A DNA stretch of 43,501 nucleotides from a virus (IMGVR_UViG_3300021399_000121:1-43501); one strand, 5' to 3'; counted from the stretch's first letter, positions 8,432-16,909 are shown. Numbers and translations: made by a program. The notes: a model not told the origin generated them from the letters alone.

Positions 8432-10288
8432 CTACTCACGCACGGTCGAAAAATCGATTTCATTAAATACAAATTCTTTGCGGGCTATACCAGAGCTACC
8501 CATCAACGCTTTAAGTAAATTAATTGCATCTTCTGTTGGATTAAGAATATCCATTTTTTGATTTTTACCAAACATAGAAGCTTTAGCTTGATCCGCTGAA
8601 AGACTACCGAGACCTTTGTTGCGTTGTACTTCACTAGTTATTTTACCACGAACAGCATCCATTTCTTCATCTGTAAAATAATATTGCTCACCTTGTTTAG
8701 TTTTAACAATATAAAGTGGTGAACGCAACCAACATAAGCGTTGTTCTTCAATAAACTCAGGACAAAAATGCTGTAGAGCTGTTGCAATTAAAAGACCAAT
8801 ATGATAACCATCACTATCAGAGTCAGTACAAATTGCAACACGACCATATCGTAAATCGGATGGGTCATATGCGCCAGGTGTAATATTTAATGCTTTAAGA
8901 AGTAATTGAATTTCTTCATTCTTTTCTAATTTCTCTTTACTATTGGAAAAAGCATTAATTAATTTACCGCGCAACATTAGAATACCATATTTTTGTCTGT
9001 CACGGGCAACAGCCATTGATGCACCAGCTGATAATCCTTCTACTAAAAGGAGTGTGCTATCTTCACCAAGATATTCTGCATCTTTTAGTTTATCTGGATG
9101 AAGAATCTTAACTTTACTAGATGACTTTTTAGTTTTATTAGCTTTAACTGCGGCACGTGCTTTTTTAGCAGCTTCCGCAGCCTTGCGTGCAATTAATGCT
9201 TTTTCAATAATATTTTTTCCATCAGTAACATTGTTGTCGAGCCAAATCTCCAACTGATCACTAAGAATTGAAGATATAAAAGCAGTATCAATCTTAGTAA
9301 TATTGCTTTTAACTTGTGCATCATAGGCAACATTTTCAGCGGTAATATTACAAACAAGAACAAGTCCTTCTTGTAATGCCGCACCTTCAAGATTTTTATC
9401 CTTTTCTTTTAATATGCCTTGCTCTTTTGCCCATTTATTTAAAGTACGAGTAATACATGATTTAATACTTGTGATATGCGGTCCTGCAGTAGTTAAACCG
9501 CAATTAACATAGGGAACAATTATTGAAGATGACTTATCACAATAAGTTAAAGCTAAATCAAGTTTTTGTTTATCTCTTTGCTCTTGGATAATAAAATTAT
9601 TATTTAAAATAGATATTCCATTTCCAAGAGAACGAGTTAATAAATCTTGAATACCATCATGTTCAATTTTATCACCATTAAACATAATAGTTAATCCTGG
9701 ACAAAGACAGGTAATATCTTCACAGAAATTGCGGAGTTTAGTTTCATTTACTTTTGGTGAAGTAAAAAATTTTTCACTCGGTTGAAAGACTACCCGAGTA
9801 CCATTTTTAATATTAGAATTATCATATAACTCTCTTTTTTCAAATATTCCTTCTTTAAAAACAACTGTTTCAGAATGTCCGTTTTTAGTACTTGTTACTA
9901 CTAACCAATGAGAAAGAAAATTCGTTAATTTTGCTCCGATACCATTAAGTCCAATTGCTGTACCTTCATATACGCCGTCATTACGATATTTACCAGAAGT
10001 ATTAATAACGTCAAAAGAAGCTTGAAGAACAGTTTCTCCATCTTCACGAAAAACGTTAATTGGGAAACCTTGTCCTTTATCTTCTATAACAATGCTTCCA
10101 TCTTCTATTAAAGCAATAGAAATTATATTTCCATGACCAATATTATATTCATCAATAGCATTACCCAGAATTTCAATTGCAAGTTGAGTTGCATCTGAAG
10201 TATCTCCGCAATACATTCCTGGACGTAAACGTACATGCTCTAAAGGAGATAATGATTCAATACTATCTTCTTTATATAAATTATCCAA
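8432..10288 (-). CDS. gyrB: Type IIA DNA topoisomerase subunit B (GyrB/ParE family)
   Basis: EHVRLRPGMY, GHKL motifs EILGNAIDE, DKGQGFP and GLNGIG, TOPRIM motifs EGLSA, LRGKL and DSDSDG, then RNKGLG. TTG start with SD GGAGGT. Confidence 0.95.
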   Translation of the reverse strand: MDNLYKEDSIESLSPLEHVRLRPGMYCGDTSDATQLAIEILGNAIDEYNIGHGNIISIALIEDGSIVIEDKGQGFPINVFREDGETVLQASFDVINTSGKYRNDGVYEGTAIGLNGIGAKLTNFLSHWLVVTSTKNGHSETVVFKEGIFEKRELYDNSNIKNGTRVVFQPSEKFFTSPKVNETKLRNFCEDITCLCPGLTIMFNGDKIEHDGIQDLLTRSLGNGISILNNNFIIQEQRDKQKLDLALTYCDKSSSIIVPYVNCGLTTAGPHITSIKSCITRTLNKWAKEQGILKEKDKNLEGAALQEGLVLVCNITAENVAYDAQVKSNITKIDTAFISSILSDQLEIWLDNNVTDGKNIIEKALIARKAAEAAKKARAAVKANKTKKSSSKVKILHPDKLKDAEYLGEDSTLLLVEGLSAGASMAVARDRQKYGILMLRGKLINAFSNSKEKLEKNEEIQLLLKALNITPGAYDPSDLRYGRVAICTDSDSDGYHIGLLIATALQHFCPEFIEEQRLCWLRSPLYIVKTKQGEQYYFTDEEMDAVRGKITSEVQRNKGLGSLSADQAKASMFGKNQKMDILNPTEDAINLLKALMGSSGIARKEFVFNEIDFSTVRE

Positions 10289-10290
10289 TC

Positions 10291-10494
10291 TTACCTCCCA
10301 TCATCTTCATATCTCCAATGATAATCATTAAGTATCTCAGCATATTGTTTAACTAATACAGCCATCTCAAGCATATTCTTTTTAATTATACGCCAAGCTT
10401 CTTCTTCAGTATTATCATCTTGAGCATTATAAATCATATATTGTATATCGTCTAAAGTGTAATATTTATAATTACCAATTTGTCCATTAGGCAT
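10291..10494 (-). CDS. Hypothetical protein, 67 aa
   Basis: SD (GAAAGGA), a promoter upstream, and a stop adjacent to the gyrB RBS. Confidence 0.65.
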   Translation of the reverse strand: MPNGQIGNYKYYTLDDIQYMIYNAQDDNTEEEAWRIIKKNMLEMAVLVKQYAEILNDYHWRYEDDGR

Positions 10495-10516
10495 AATTAT
10501 CCTTTCTATTTATATA

Positions 10517-10546
10517 ATTATACCATATAAAAATAGCAGATGTCAA
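10517..10546 (-). promoter_or_regulatory. sigma70/sigmaA promoter, TTGACA-18-TATAAT with extended -10, for the topoisomerase operon
   Basis: TTGACA (10546-10541), TATAAT (10522-10517). Confidence 0.8.
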
Positions 10547-10565
10547 GAAAATCTCAACATCTGCT
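10529..10565 (-). terminator. Intrinsic terminator whose 3' arm contains the -35 of the next promoter
   Basis: 14-bp stem (10535-10548 / 10552-10565) with two G-U pairs on the minus strand, then ATTTTT. Confidence 0.75.
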
Positions 10566-10572
10566 TAAACAT

Positions 10573-11058
10573 TTAATCCTGCAGTTCGGCCGCACGTTTC
10601 TCTTCAAGTTTCTTATTTAGTTGTTTACGACGTTCGATCATGCGGGATGTGTATTCTGAGAATGAATCTTTCATATATTTATATTGAGCATAAGCTTTTT
10701 CATATTCTTTTTGAGCTAATTCATACTGATAATAAATGTCATCAAGAACAATACCAAATTCATATTGTTTAGTTGCTTTATATTTAGTATGAAGAGTTCT
10801 ATGAATATTAAGAATACCATGAGCACGTTCTCTTAAAATTTTAGCTTTTGCATGAGCAATTTCAATATCACATTTACGCTCAGCAAAACGATAGCCATCC
10901 CAATCATTAATATTAGAATAATCTTGCGGGCATGGTTTAACAGAACAAGTAAAAATTCCATATTTACTTGATTTCGTTACATAATAGACAGGAATTCTAA
11001 TACCGCCTATAATAATTTTATCTTTCCAAGAGTTTAAAACTTTACTATGTTTACTCAT
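10573..11058 (-). CDS. Hypothetical protein, 161 aa, helical C-terminal half
   Basis: ORF overlapping the upstream gene's stop and followed by a terminator. No recognisable family. Confidence 0.65.
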   Translation of the reverse strand: MSKHSKVLNSWKDKIIIGGIRIPVYYVTKSSKYGIFTCSVKPCPQDYSNINDWDGYRFAERKCDIEIAHAKAKILRERAHGILNIHRTLHTKYKATKQYEFGIVLDDIYYQYELAQKEYEKAYAQYKYMKDSFSEYTSRMIERRKQLNKKLEEKRAAELQD

Positions 11059-11248
11059 GATATTTCACTTTCTCTGTTTCATGACCATATTCTTTAATCA
11101 TAAAAGGTATTTTGCGGCTATACTGAGGATATATTTTTTTAGCTACATCACAAGCCATATCAATAGCTTCTTTTGGACTATTTGCATCAAAATTACCATA
11201 AGTAATTGTTTTTCCATTTTCAGATTGAGATATACGATATTTAGTCAT
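11051..11248 (-). CDS. Hypothetical protein, 65 aa; first gene of the leftward unit
   Basis: SD (AAAGGA) and a promoter directly upstream. Confidence 0.65.
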   Translation of the reverse strand: MTKYRISQSENGKTITYGNFDANSPKEAIDMACDVAKKIYPQYSRKIPFMIKEYGHETEKVKYHE

Positions 11249-11288
11249 ATAATATAAATTCCTTTCATATCAATTATTCTTTAAAATA

Positions 11289-11376
11289 AGTATAACATTT
11301 AATTTAACAATTGTCAAATAATTTTTTTTACTTATTCAAAATTTTATTTGACGATTGTATATAATTATGTTATATT
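11289..11376. promoter_or_regulatory. Divergent promoter pair at the strand switch
   Basis: Leftward: TTGACA (11317-11312)-17-TATACT (11294-11289). Rightward: TTGACG (11348-11353)-17-TATATT (11371-11376). Both have an extended -10 TG. Confidence 0.8.
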
Positions 11377-11402
11377 ATAATAAATAAAAGAAAGGAATTA
11401 TT

Positions 11403-11660
11403 ATGCCTGCATGGTTAATATATGGAAAAGTTATTAAAAAGATGCCTCTTTCAGATGGAAATGGTGGAAAGAAAATTGTAGAACCGCAAACAACTTTTCG
11501 TGCTCTTAATTATCAAGGACGGAGAGTATCTAAATTAGCTGATGCGGGAAAATATTATGAAAAAGAAATGGCTCAAAAAATTGTAGATAAAGCTCAAGCA
11601 TATTGGGATAAACAAGGTTATGGCGATTGTGTCGCATATGAAATTAGAAAGAGCAAATAA
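11403..11660 (+). CDS. Hypothetical protein, 85 aa
   Basis: SD (GAAAGGA), first gene after the rightward promoter, TAA stop overlapping the next ATG. Confidence 0.7.
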   Translation: MPAWLIYGKVIKKMPLSDGNGGKKIVEPQTTFRALNYQGRRVSKLADAGKYYEKEMAQKIVDKAQAYWDKQGYGDCVAYEIRKSK

Positions 11661-11929
11661 TGTCATATAGATTAGAATATATGGGGCCAACACAAACTTT
11701 TAAAGCTGCACCTTATAATAAAGCGAATATTAATGAATCAATGATTGATATAAAACTTGAAGAAGGAATGCAATATTTAGTTGAATTACAACAAGATGGT
11801 CCTGTAACTATTATTAATGGACAATATCTAATTGACCCTAATACTACTATTTGGATAATCTTTCCTTCTTTTGGAGGGTGTATTCCATATTCTCCAGAAG
11901 CTATTTTAAAACAATGGAGAATGGTATAG
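11660..11929 (+). CDS. Hypothetical protein, 89 aa
   Basis: Coupled TAATG start; TAG stop overlaps the next gene's GTG. Confidence 0.7.
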   Translation: MSYRLEYMGPTQTFKAAPYNKANINESMIDIKLEEGMQYLVELQQDGPVTIINGQYLIDPNTTIWIIFPSFGGCIPYSPEAILKQWRMV

Positions 11930-12228
11930 TGAATGAAAAAGATTATTTTTATATTACATTAAATTGTTGCAATTGTGATTATTCAATGTGTCGTTTAGGA
12001 GATATCATTCATAATGATAAAGACGGATGTGTGCGGCAAGTTGATGAAGATTTATTCATTGAATATTATCATCAATTAAAAGAAGTTTGACCATTTGTTT
12101 TAAAATCACAGAATAAAAAAAATATTGATAAAGAATATGAAAAAACAATGCAGATATTAGATAAAGTATATAATAGTCCATGTACTAGACAATATGGTAA
12201 AGGATTTAAAGTTATAGTTGGGATATAG
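11929..12228 (+). CDS. Cys-rich hypothetical protein, 99 aa, one in-frame TGA (12088) read as Trp
   Basis: GTG start with SD GGAGA. Reading through the TGA extends the frame to TAG 12226-12228, one base before the next ATG, closing an otherwise unexplained 140-bp gap. Confidence 0.65.
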
Positions 12229-12229
12229 A

Positions 12230-13039
12230 ATGTTATTTATAACAGGTGATACTCATGGTAGAGTTATTGAGCGTTTTTCGTTTAGACAAAATGCTACACT
12301 TAGACAATTAACAAATAAGGATACTGTAATTCAATTAGGTGATTTTGGTCAACCGTTTGGACCTACTACTTATAAAGAAGCTGAATATGTTTTTAAGTTT
12401 TTAAATGATAAACCTTGAACAACTATTGTTATTGGTGGTAATCATGATGATTATGATTATTGGCAGTCATGTCCTCAGATAGAGCTGTTTGGTGGAAAAG
12501 CACGTCAAGCTACCTTTTATGGAAAAAATTTTTCAGTGTTTTTTATTGATGAAATTACAATTTTAAATGTTGATAATCAAAATATTCTTTGTATCCCATG
12601 TGCAGAATCACACGATGCGGACATTTTATTAGACCCTAATGAAATTGGTTTTAAACGTAAGCAAGCTACTTTACAAAAACAATATCAATGGTTTAGGGTC
12701 GTTGGCCGTTCATGGTGGCCGCAAGAAAAAATGGACGTCCAAAAGAATGCAGAATTTATAGAACATCATATGAATGAACATTTTGATTTTATCCTGACGC
12801 ATGATGCTCCTGCGTTGATAAATTCGTGGTTTAAAAGACCAGAAGATTCTGCAAGAAAAATCTCTACTGCAGGACAATTATTTTTAGAAGAGTTGCGGAG
12901 AAATCTTGATTTCGATGTATGGTTTCATGGTCATTTTCATTTTACAGGCTTTTGGAATGAGTTATATGATGAACGAATTTGCGGAGTATATTCTGAAATT
13001 ATTCAACTTATGAATGAGAATTCCTTGACGATTGTATAG
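12230..13039 (+). CDS. Calcineurin-like metallophosphoesterase, 269 aa, one in-frame TGA (12416) = Trp
   Basis: The full motif set lies in one frame only if the TGA is read through: GDTHG, LGDFG, KP(W)TTIVIGGNHD, THDAP, WFHGHFH. The track splits it into 12218-12418 and 12536-13039. Confidence 0.9.
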
Positions 13040-13054
13040 TAAATATGTTATAAT
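13025..13054 (+). promoter_or_regulatory. sigma70/sigmaA promoter, TTGACG-18-TATAAT with extended -10
   Basis: Shares the 14-mer TTGACGATTGTATA with the promoter at 11348. Confidence 0.75.
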
Positions 13055-13078
13055 ATAATTAAAGAGGAAGGAGATAAT

Positions 13079-13276
13079 ATGTTGAATAATGTCTTTAGTT
13101 ATTGTTCTTGGCTTGAGAATGATATTTCTAGTAATATTATTGATTTTGTTGATAGATATAAATATACTTGTATTCCTAAATGGAAAGTTGATAATTTTCT
13201 TAAAGAATATCATATAAATTATAATGAACTTCCACAATATTTAAAAGATAAACTTGATGAAATTGATGTATACTGA
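13079..13276 (+). CDS. Hypothetical protein, 65 aa if TGA stops translation; 99 aa (to 13378) if TGA=Trp
   Basis: Strong SD (AGGAAGGAG). The only convincing gene in the window whose standard-code stop is TGA. Confidence 0.7.
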   Translation: MLNNVFSYCSWLENDISSNIIDFVDRYKYTCIPKWKVDNFLKEYHINYNELPQYLKDKLDEIDVY

Positions 13277-13287
13277 GGAGCCATTGC

Positions 13288-14769
13288 ATGCAACCTTTTG
13301 ATTGTTTGACGGAAAATGATAAAGAAATTGTGCGGCAGTGGTGTATTAATTATGGAAATGCAGAACCGCAAAGTATAGAAAAAATTTTAGCGACTTGGAA
13401 TAAAAATAAACGAACTTTGTTTAGAGCTTTTGGAAGGAAGCTTCAAATTAGTTTTCCTATTCATCAAAAAGTAAATTCAAGTTATCGTCATTCTAAATGG
13501 AGAAATTTATATTCTCCATTTATTATTTATGATAAAAATGATTTGCAAAATTTTAAATATGACCCACGAAATCATATTTTTATTAATGATCTTGTAGAGT
13601 GGATGCGTGATGATTTAATTGATATTTTACCAGTTTCAATGTTAAAAGGTATTTTAGAATATACTAAATATTGTTATGTTGAAACTGGTAAAACAAATGA
13701 TGATAAATGTTTCGCTGGAGGTGCTAAAGGAAAAGTTTTAAAAATTCCAAAAGGAACAAAGATTATGCGCGCGATTCGTAAAGTTCTTGAATATTACTCT
13801 TTTCCTCACATGGATTCTTTTAATGAATGGCGTGATGATATTAGTGTAATTAATACTGATAAAGAAATCAATGCAGAACTTGTTCTTAGTATTAATCCTG
13901 TTGATTTTATTACTATGAGTGATAATAGAAGCGGATGGACTTCTTGTATGTCATGGATTGATAATGGCGCATATTCAACTGGTACTATTGAAATGTTAAA
14001 TAGTAATGTTGCGGTAGTAGCTTATTTACGTAATCCGCAATCTTTTACGTATAATGACCTTGATATACCTAATAAATCTTGGCGTACTTTAGTTTTTGTA
14101 CATAAAGACATTCTTTTAGTTGGAAAGCATTATCCATATCAAAGTGAAGCTTTAGCTAAAATTGTCCTTGATAAAGTTAGAGAAATTGTAAAAAATACTG
14201 TTGGTTGGAAATATCATTATCATAATCAGCTATATCGTGACATGATACGTAGTTATGATAATAATTATGTTAGGGATAAAGATTACTTTCAACGATTGAA
14301 TGATGGTCATAAAATATATGTTTATACAAATATAATGTATCATGATATTATTGAGGATCATTCTACTGATTATTGGTGTTGTCGTAATAAGGTTAAAAAG
14401 AATCTGTATTTAAATCTATCAGGCCCAGCAACATGTATGTGCTGTGGAGAACCAATAGATAAAGATTTTACGAATAATTTTTCTACTTCAATTAAATATT
14501 GTAAAGATTGTTGTGATAAATATTATTGTCGTGGATGCGGTTTAGTTAGTGTTGAACACTTTAAACATAAGATTATATTTAAAGAAAAAGTTTATGGGGA
14601 AGTGTATACTCATTATGGTCATCCAGATTGTATCATTGATAATTTTTTATGGGATAGTAAAGATGGTTATTGTGTAGCGAAAAATAGATTATATGATGTA
14701 GATAAAACTAGATATAAACCATTAACAAGAGAAAGGCTACTTTTTAATGAAGTTTGCGGCTCCGTATAA
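13288..14769 (+). CDS. Phage hypothetical protein, 493 aa, with C-terminal CxxC zinc-ribbon-like motifs
   Basis: SD GAGGAG. Motif LSINPVDFITMSDN..GWTSCMSW resembles a recurrent phage family (from memory). CMCC, CKDCC and CRGC near the C-terminus. All Trp codons are TGG. Confidence 0.75.
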   Translation: MQPFDCLTENDKEIVRQWCINYGNAEPQSIEKILATWNKNKRTLFRAFGRKLQISFPIHQKVNSSYRHSKWRNLYSPFIIYDKNDLQNFKYDPRNHIFINDLVEWMRDDLIDILPVSMLKGILEYTKYCYVETGKTNDDKCFAGGAKGKVLKIPKGTKIMRAIRKVLEYYSFPHMDSFNEWRDDISVINTDKEINAELVLSINPVDFITMSDNRSGWTSCMSWIDNGAYSTGTIEMLNSNVAVVAYLRNPQSFTYNDLDIPNKSWRTLVFVHKDILLVGKHYPYQSEALAKIVLDKVREIVKNTVGWKYHYHNQLYRDMIRSYDNNYVRDKDYFQRLNDGHKIYVYTNIMYHDIIEDHSTDYWCCRNKVKKNLYLNLSGPATCMCCGEPIDKDFTNNFSTSIKYCKDCCDKYYCRGCGLVSVEHFKHKIIFKEKVYGEVYTHYGHPDCIIDNFLWDSKDGYCVAKNRLYDVDKTRYKPLTRERLLFNEVCGSV

Positions 14770-15637
14770 ATTAGATTTTAATTGTCCAATTGATTATGAA
14801 AATATAGATGAATTTAATATTAATTTTACTGAATATAGTTCTTTTGAAGAACTTAGAAAATTTATTAAATTATATCCTTCACATAGAATAAATATTGAAT
14901 TTTCTAAAGAAAAGTATAATTCAGAAAATATTATAAATGTTTGTAGTGATTTTGATAATGTTTATGTTCGTATTCATCAATGGGAAATTCCATATTTAAA
15001 GTCTTATGAAGAAAAAGGCGTTAAATATTTTTTTGATAATAGTATGCCAATATATTCATATTCTCTGCTAGAATGGGCATTGATGCAAAAAACAACGGGG
15101 ATTTATATTACGGATGATTTAACATATAATCTTGAAGAAGTTTATAAACAATGTAATAATCAAAATATTGAATTAAGGATTATTCTTAATAGACTACCTT
15201 CAATGAATTCATTGGTATCAACATGTCCAACTGTTCAAGCTTATCGGCCGCAAGACTATAATTTTTTAAGTAAATATTATGCTGTTGGTGAGTTTGATTG
15301 TGGAGAAAAATATGATTGGAATAAAGCAGAAGTGCTATATCAAAGATGGTTTATTGATCATTATTGGAGTGATGATTTAAATTTCTTAAATCAAGATATT
15401 AATATACCATATCCAACAGAATCAATTCCTCCAGAATTGACAAGAATACGTTCTTTTTGTAGACATCGTTGTACTATGTCCGCGGAGAATATATGCTCTA
15501 AATGCAGAAGGTTTGTTCTTTTGGGATATCGAAACAAAAATAATAATTTAGTATATACTGATCCAGAAAATGGGTTACCTTCTCTTGAAGAGATGGTTGA
15601 TTCTATAATTGTATCAAAAAACAATAATGTTGAATAA
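14747..15637 (+). CDS. Hypothetical protein, possibly peptidase-U32-like TIM barrel with a C-terminal Cys cluster
   Basis: 296-aa ORF overlapping the previous gene, with CRHRC...CSKC near the C-terminus. The family call is weak. Confidence 0.5.
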   Translation: MKFAAPYKLDFNCPIDYENIDEFNINFTEYSSFEELRKFIKLYPSHRINIEFSKEKYNSENIINVCSDFDNVYVRIHQWEIPYLKSYEEKGVKYFFDNSMPIYSYSLLEWALMQKTTGIYITDDLTYNLEEVYKQCNNQNIELRIILNRLPSMNSLVSTCPTVQAYRPQDYNFLSKYYAVGEFDCGEKYDWNKAEVLYQRWFIDHYWSDDLNFLNQDINIPYPTESIPPELTRIRSFCRHRCTMSAENICSKCRRFVLLGYRNKNNNLVYTDPENGLPSLEEMVDSIIVSKNNNVE

Positions 15638-15640
15638 TTA

Positions 15641-15660
15641 AAAATTATATATAATGAAAA
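15641..15660 (+). promoter_or_regulatory. Candidate late-promoter motif (AAAATTATATATAATGAAAA)
   Basis: 18/20 identity to the intergenic motif at 31895-31914. No properly spaced -35. Confidence 0.45.
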
Positions 15661-15694
15661 GATATTTTTTTAAATAGATAAGGAGATTTTTACG

Positions 15695-16108
15695 ATGATG
15701 GATTCTTATAATGCTTCTTGTTATGTTGAAAATAATGATGGGCAATATCATATGGAATGTGAAATTAATTATGATGGTAAAGAAATTTATTCAGATTATG
15801 ATGGAAATAATTTCGTCAATGGCTTAAATACTATTATGGATGATCTTGAAGCACAAATTGCGCTTATTCCAGAACAAGAAGAAGAAGAAGAAGAGAAGTC
15901 TCTGGAAGAACAAATCATCTGTTTAACTGAAAAAATTAATCAATTACAAGATGAAAAGAAAAGTTTAAATGAGGAAATTAAGAAATTAAAGAGTAATCAA
16001 CAAAAACAAAGAAAAGAAGAGCCTATCTTTAATAGTAATATTTTTAGAGTAGATACGTTTAATGATTTTATTAATGAAGTAATAAAAAATTATGCGATAA
16101 AGGAATAA
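15695..16108 (+). CDS. Acidic coiled-coil hypothetical protein, 137 aa
   Basis: SD (AAGGAG), poly-Glu linker, C-terminal coiled coil. Confidence 0.7.
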   Translation: MMDSYNASCYVENNDGQYHMECEINYDGKEIYSDYDGNNFVNGLNTIMDDLEAQIALIPEQEEEEEEKSLEEQIICLTEKINQLQDEKKSLNEEIKKLKSNQQKQRKEEPIFNSNIFRVDTFNDFINEVIKNYAIKE

Positions 16109-16111
16109 AAT

Positions 16112-16351
16112 ATGAATTTTGTCTATTATATTATTAAAAAAAATGATAACATTATTATTGATATGGCAGACGATATGGTTAATGCAGTTAAAAAAGCTCA
16201 ACAATTAGAGGGAGCTTATTTAATTATGCAAGGATGTATCATTACAGAAATTGGTCAAGATATTGCAGACCTTGAAGATAAAGATAATGATAATATAGAC
16301 TTTGATAATGAAGATGATTATATAGAAACTGATGTAGTTGAAAATGATTAA
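16112..16351 (+). CDS. Acidic hypothetical protein, 79 aa
   Basis: SD (AAGGA) in the end of the previous gene; TAA stop. Confidence 0.65.
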   Translation: MNFVYYIIKKNDNIIIDMADDMVNAVKKAQQLEGAYLIMQGCIITEIGQDIADLEDKDNDNIDFDNEDDYIETDVVEND

Positions 16352-16370
16352 TAAATAGGAGATGATATTG

Positions 16371-16682
16371 ATGCAATCAATTTCGAATAAGTTAACTTCT
16401 AGAAAGTTTTGAATGGCAGTTGCCGCATTTTTAGCTTCTATTGGAACTTCTATTGGGGCTTTTGTTACTGATAATGGCCCAGTAGCAGCAGTAGGAGTAG
16501 TTTGTGCTATGTTAAGTGCCGCAATTTATGCTGCTGCAGAAGCCTATGTTGATGGACAAGGGTTACAAAGTAATGCAGCTACAACAGTAACTACAAAGAC
16601 AATTAGTGCAACAAGTTCAAATGCTAGGGAGACAGTAGAAAAAATTCTTGCTACTAATCCTGGAAATTCTGTACAAGAGTAA
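16371..16682 (+). CDS. Putative holin, 103 aa, in-frame TGA (16410) = Trp14
   Basis: SD AGGAGA precedes ATG 16371. Translation MQSISNKLTSRKF(W)MAVAAFLASIG... gives the KLTSRKFW opening I recognise from Firmicutes phage holins, then two TM helices ending in AEAYVDG. The track's start at 16413 has no SD. Confidence 0.8.
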
Positions 16683-16690
16683 GGATATTT

Positions 16691-16870
16691 ATGGCTATTA
16701 AACAAATAAGTGATGATCGTGATTTTGATTGGGAAGAATATATTTTTGATGTTCCTGACGATGTGTCAGATTTACCAGTAGATTGTGGTTGAGGTTCAAG
16801 AGCAATTTGTATTACTACTGGTGATATTTATATCCTTAGTTCAGAAAAAGAATGGACATTACTTCCATAG
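16691..16870 (+). CDS. Small hypothetical protein, 59 aa, one TGA=Trp (missed by the ORF track)
   Basis: SD AAGGA. MAIKQISDDRDFDWEEYIFDVPDDVSDLPVDCG(W)GSRAICITTGDIYILSSEKEWTLLP, TAG stop directly before a terminator. Confidence 0.7.
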
Positions 16871-16877
16871 TAAATTT

Positions 16878-16909
16878 ATAGCTCGCATTAATTTGCGAGC
16901 TATTTTTTT
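16878..16909 (+). terminator. Intrinsic terminator closing the holin unit
   Basis: ATAGCTCGCA-ttaatt-TGCGAGCTAT followed by a T run. Confidence 0.9.

Noticed and set aside
9193-16204. Track ORFs 9193-9390, 11057-11257, 11851-12090, 12962-13237, 15391-15624 and 15986-16204
   Set aside because: They overlap real genes in another frame or strand. 11851-12090 is the mis-started, TGA-truncated form of 11929-12228.
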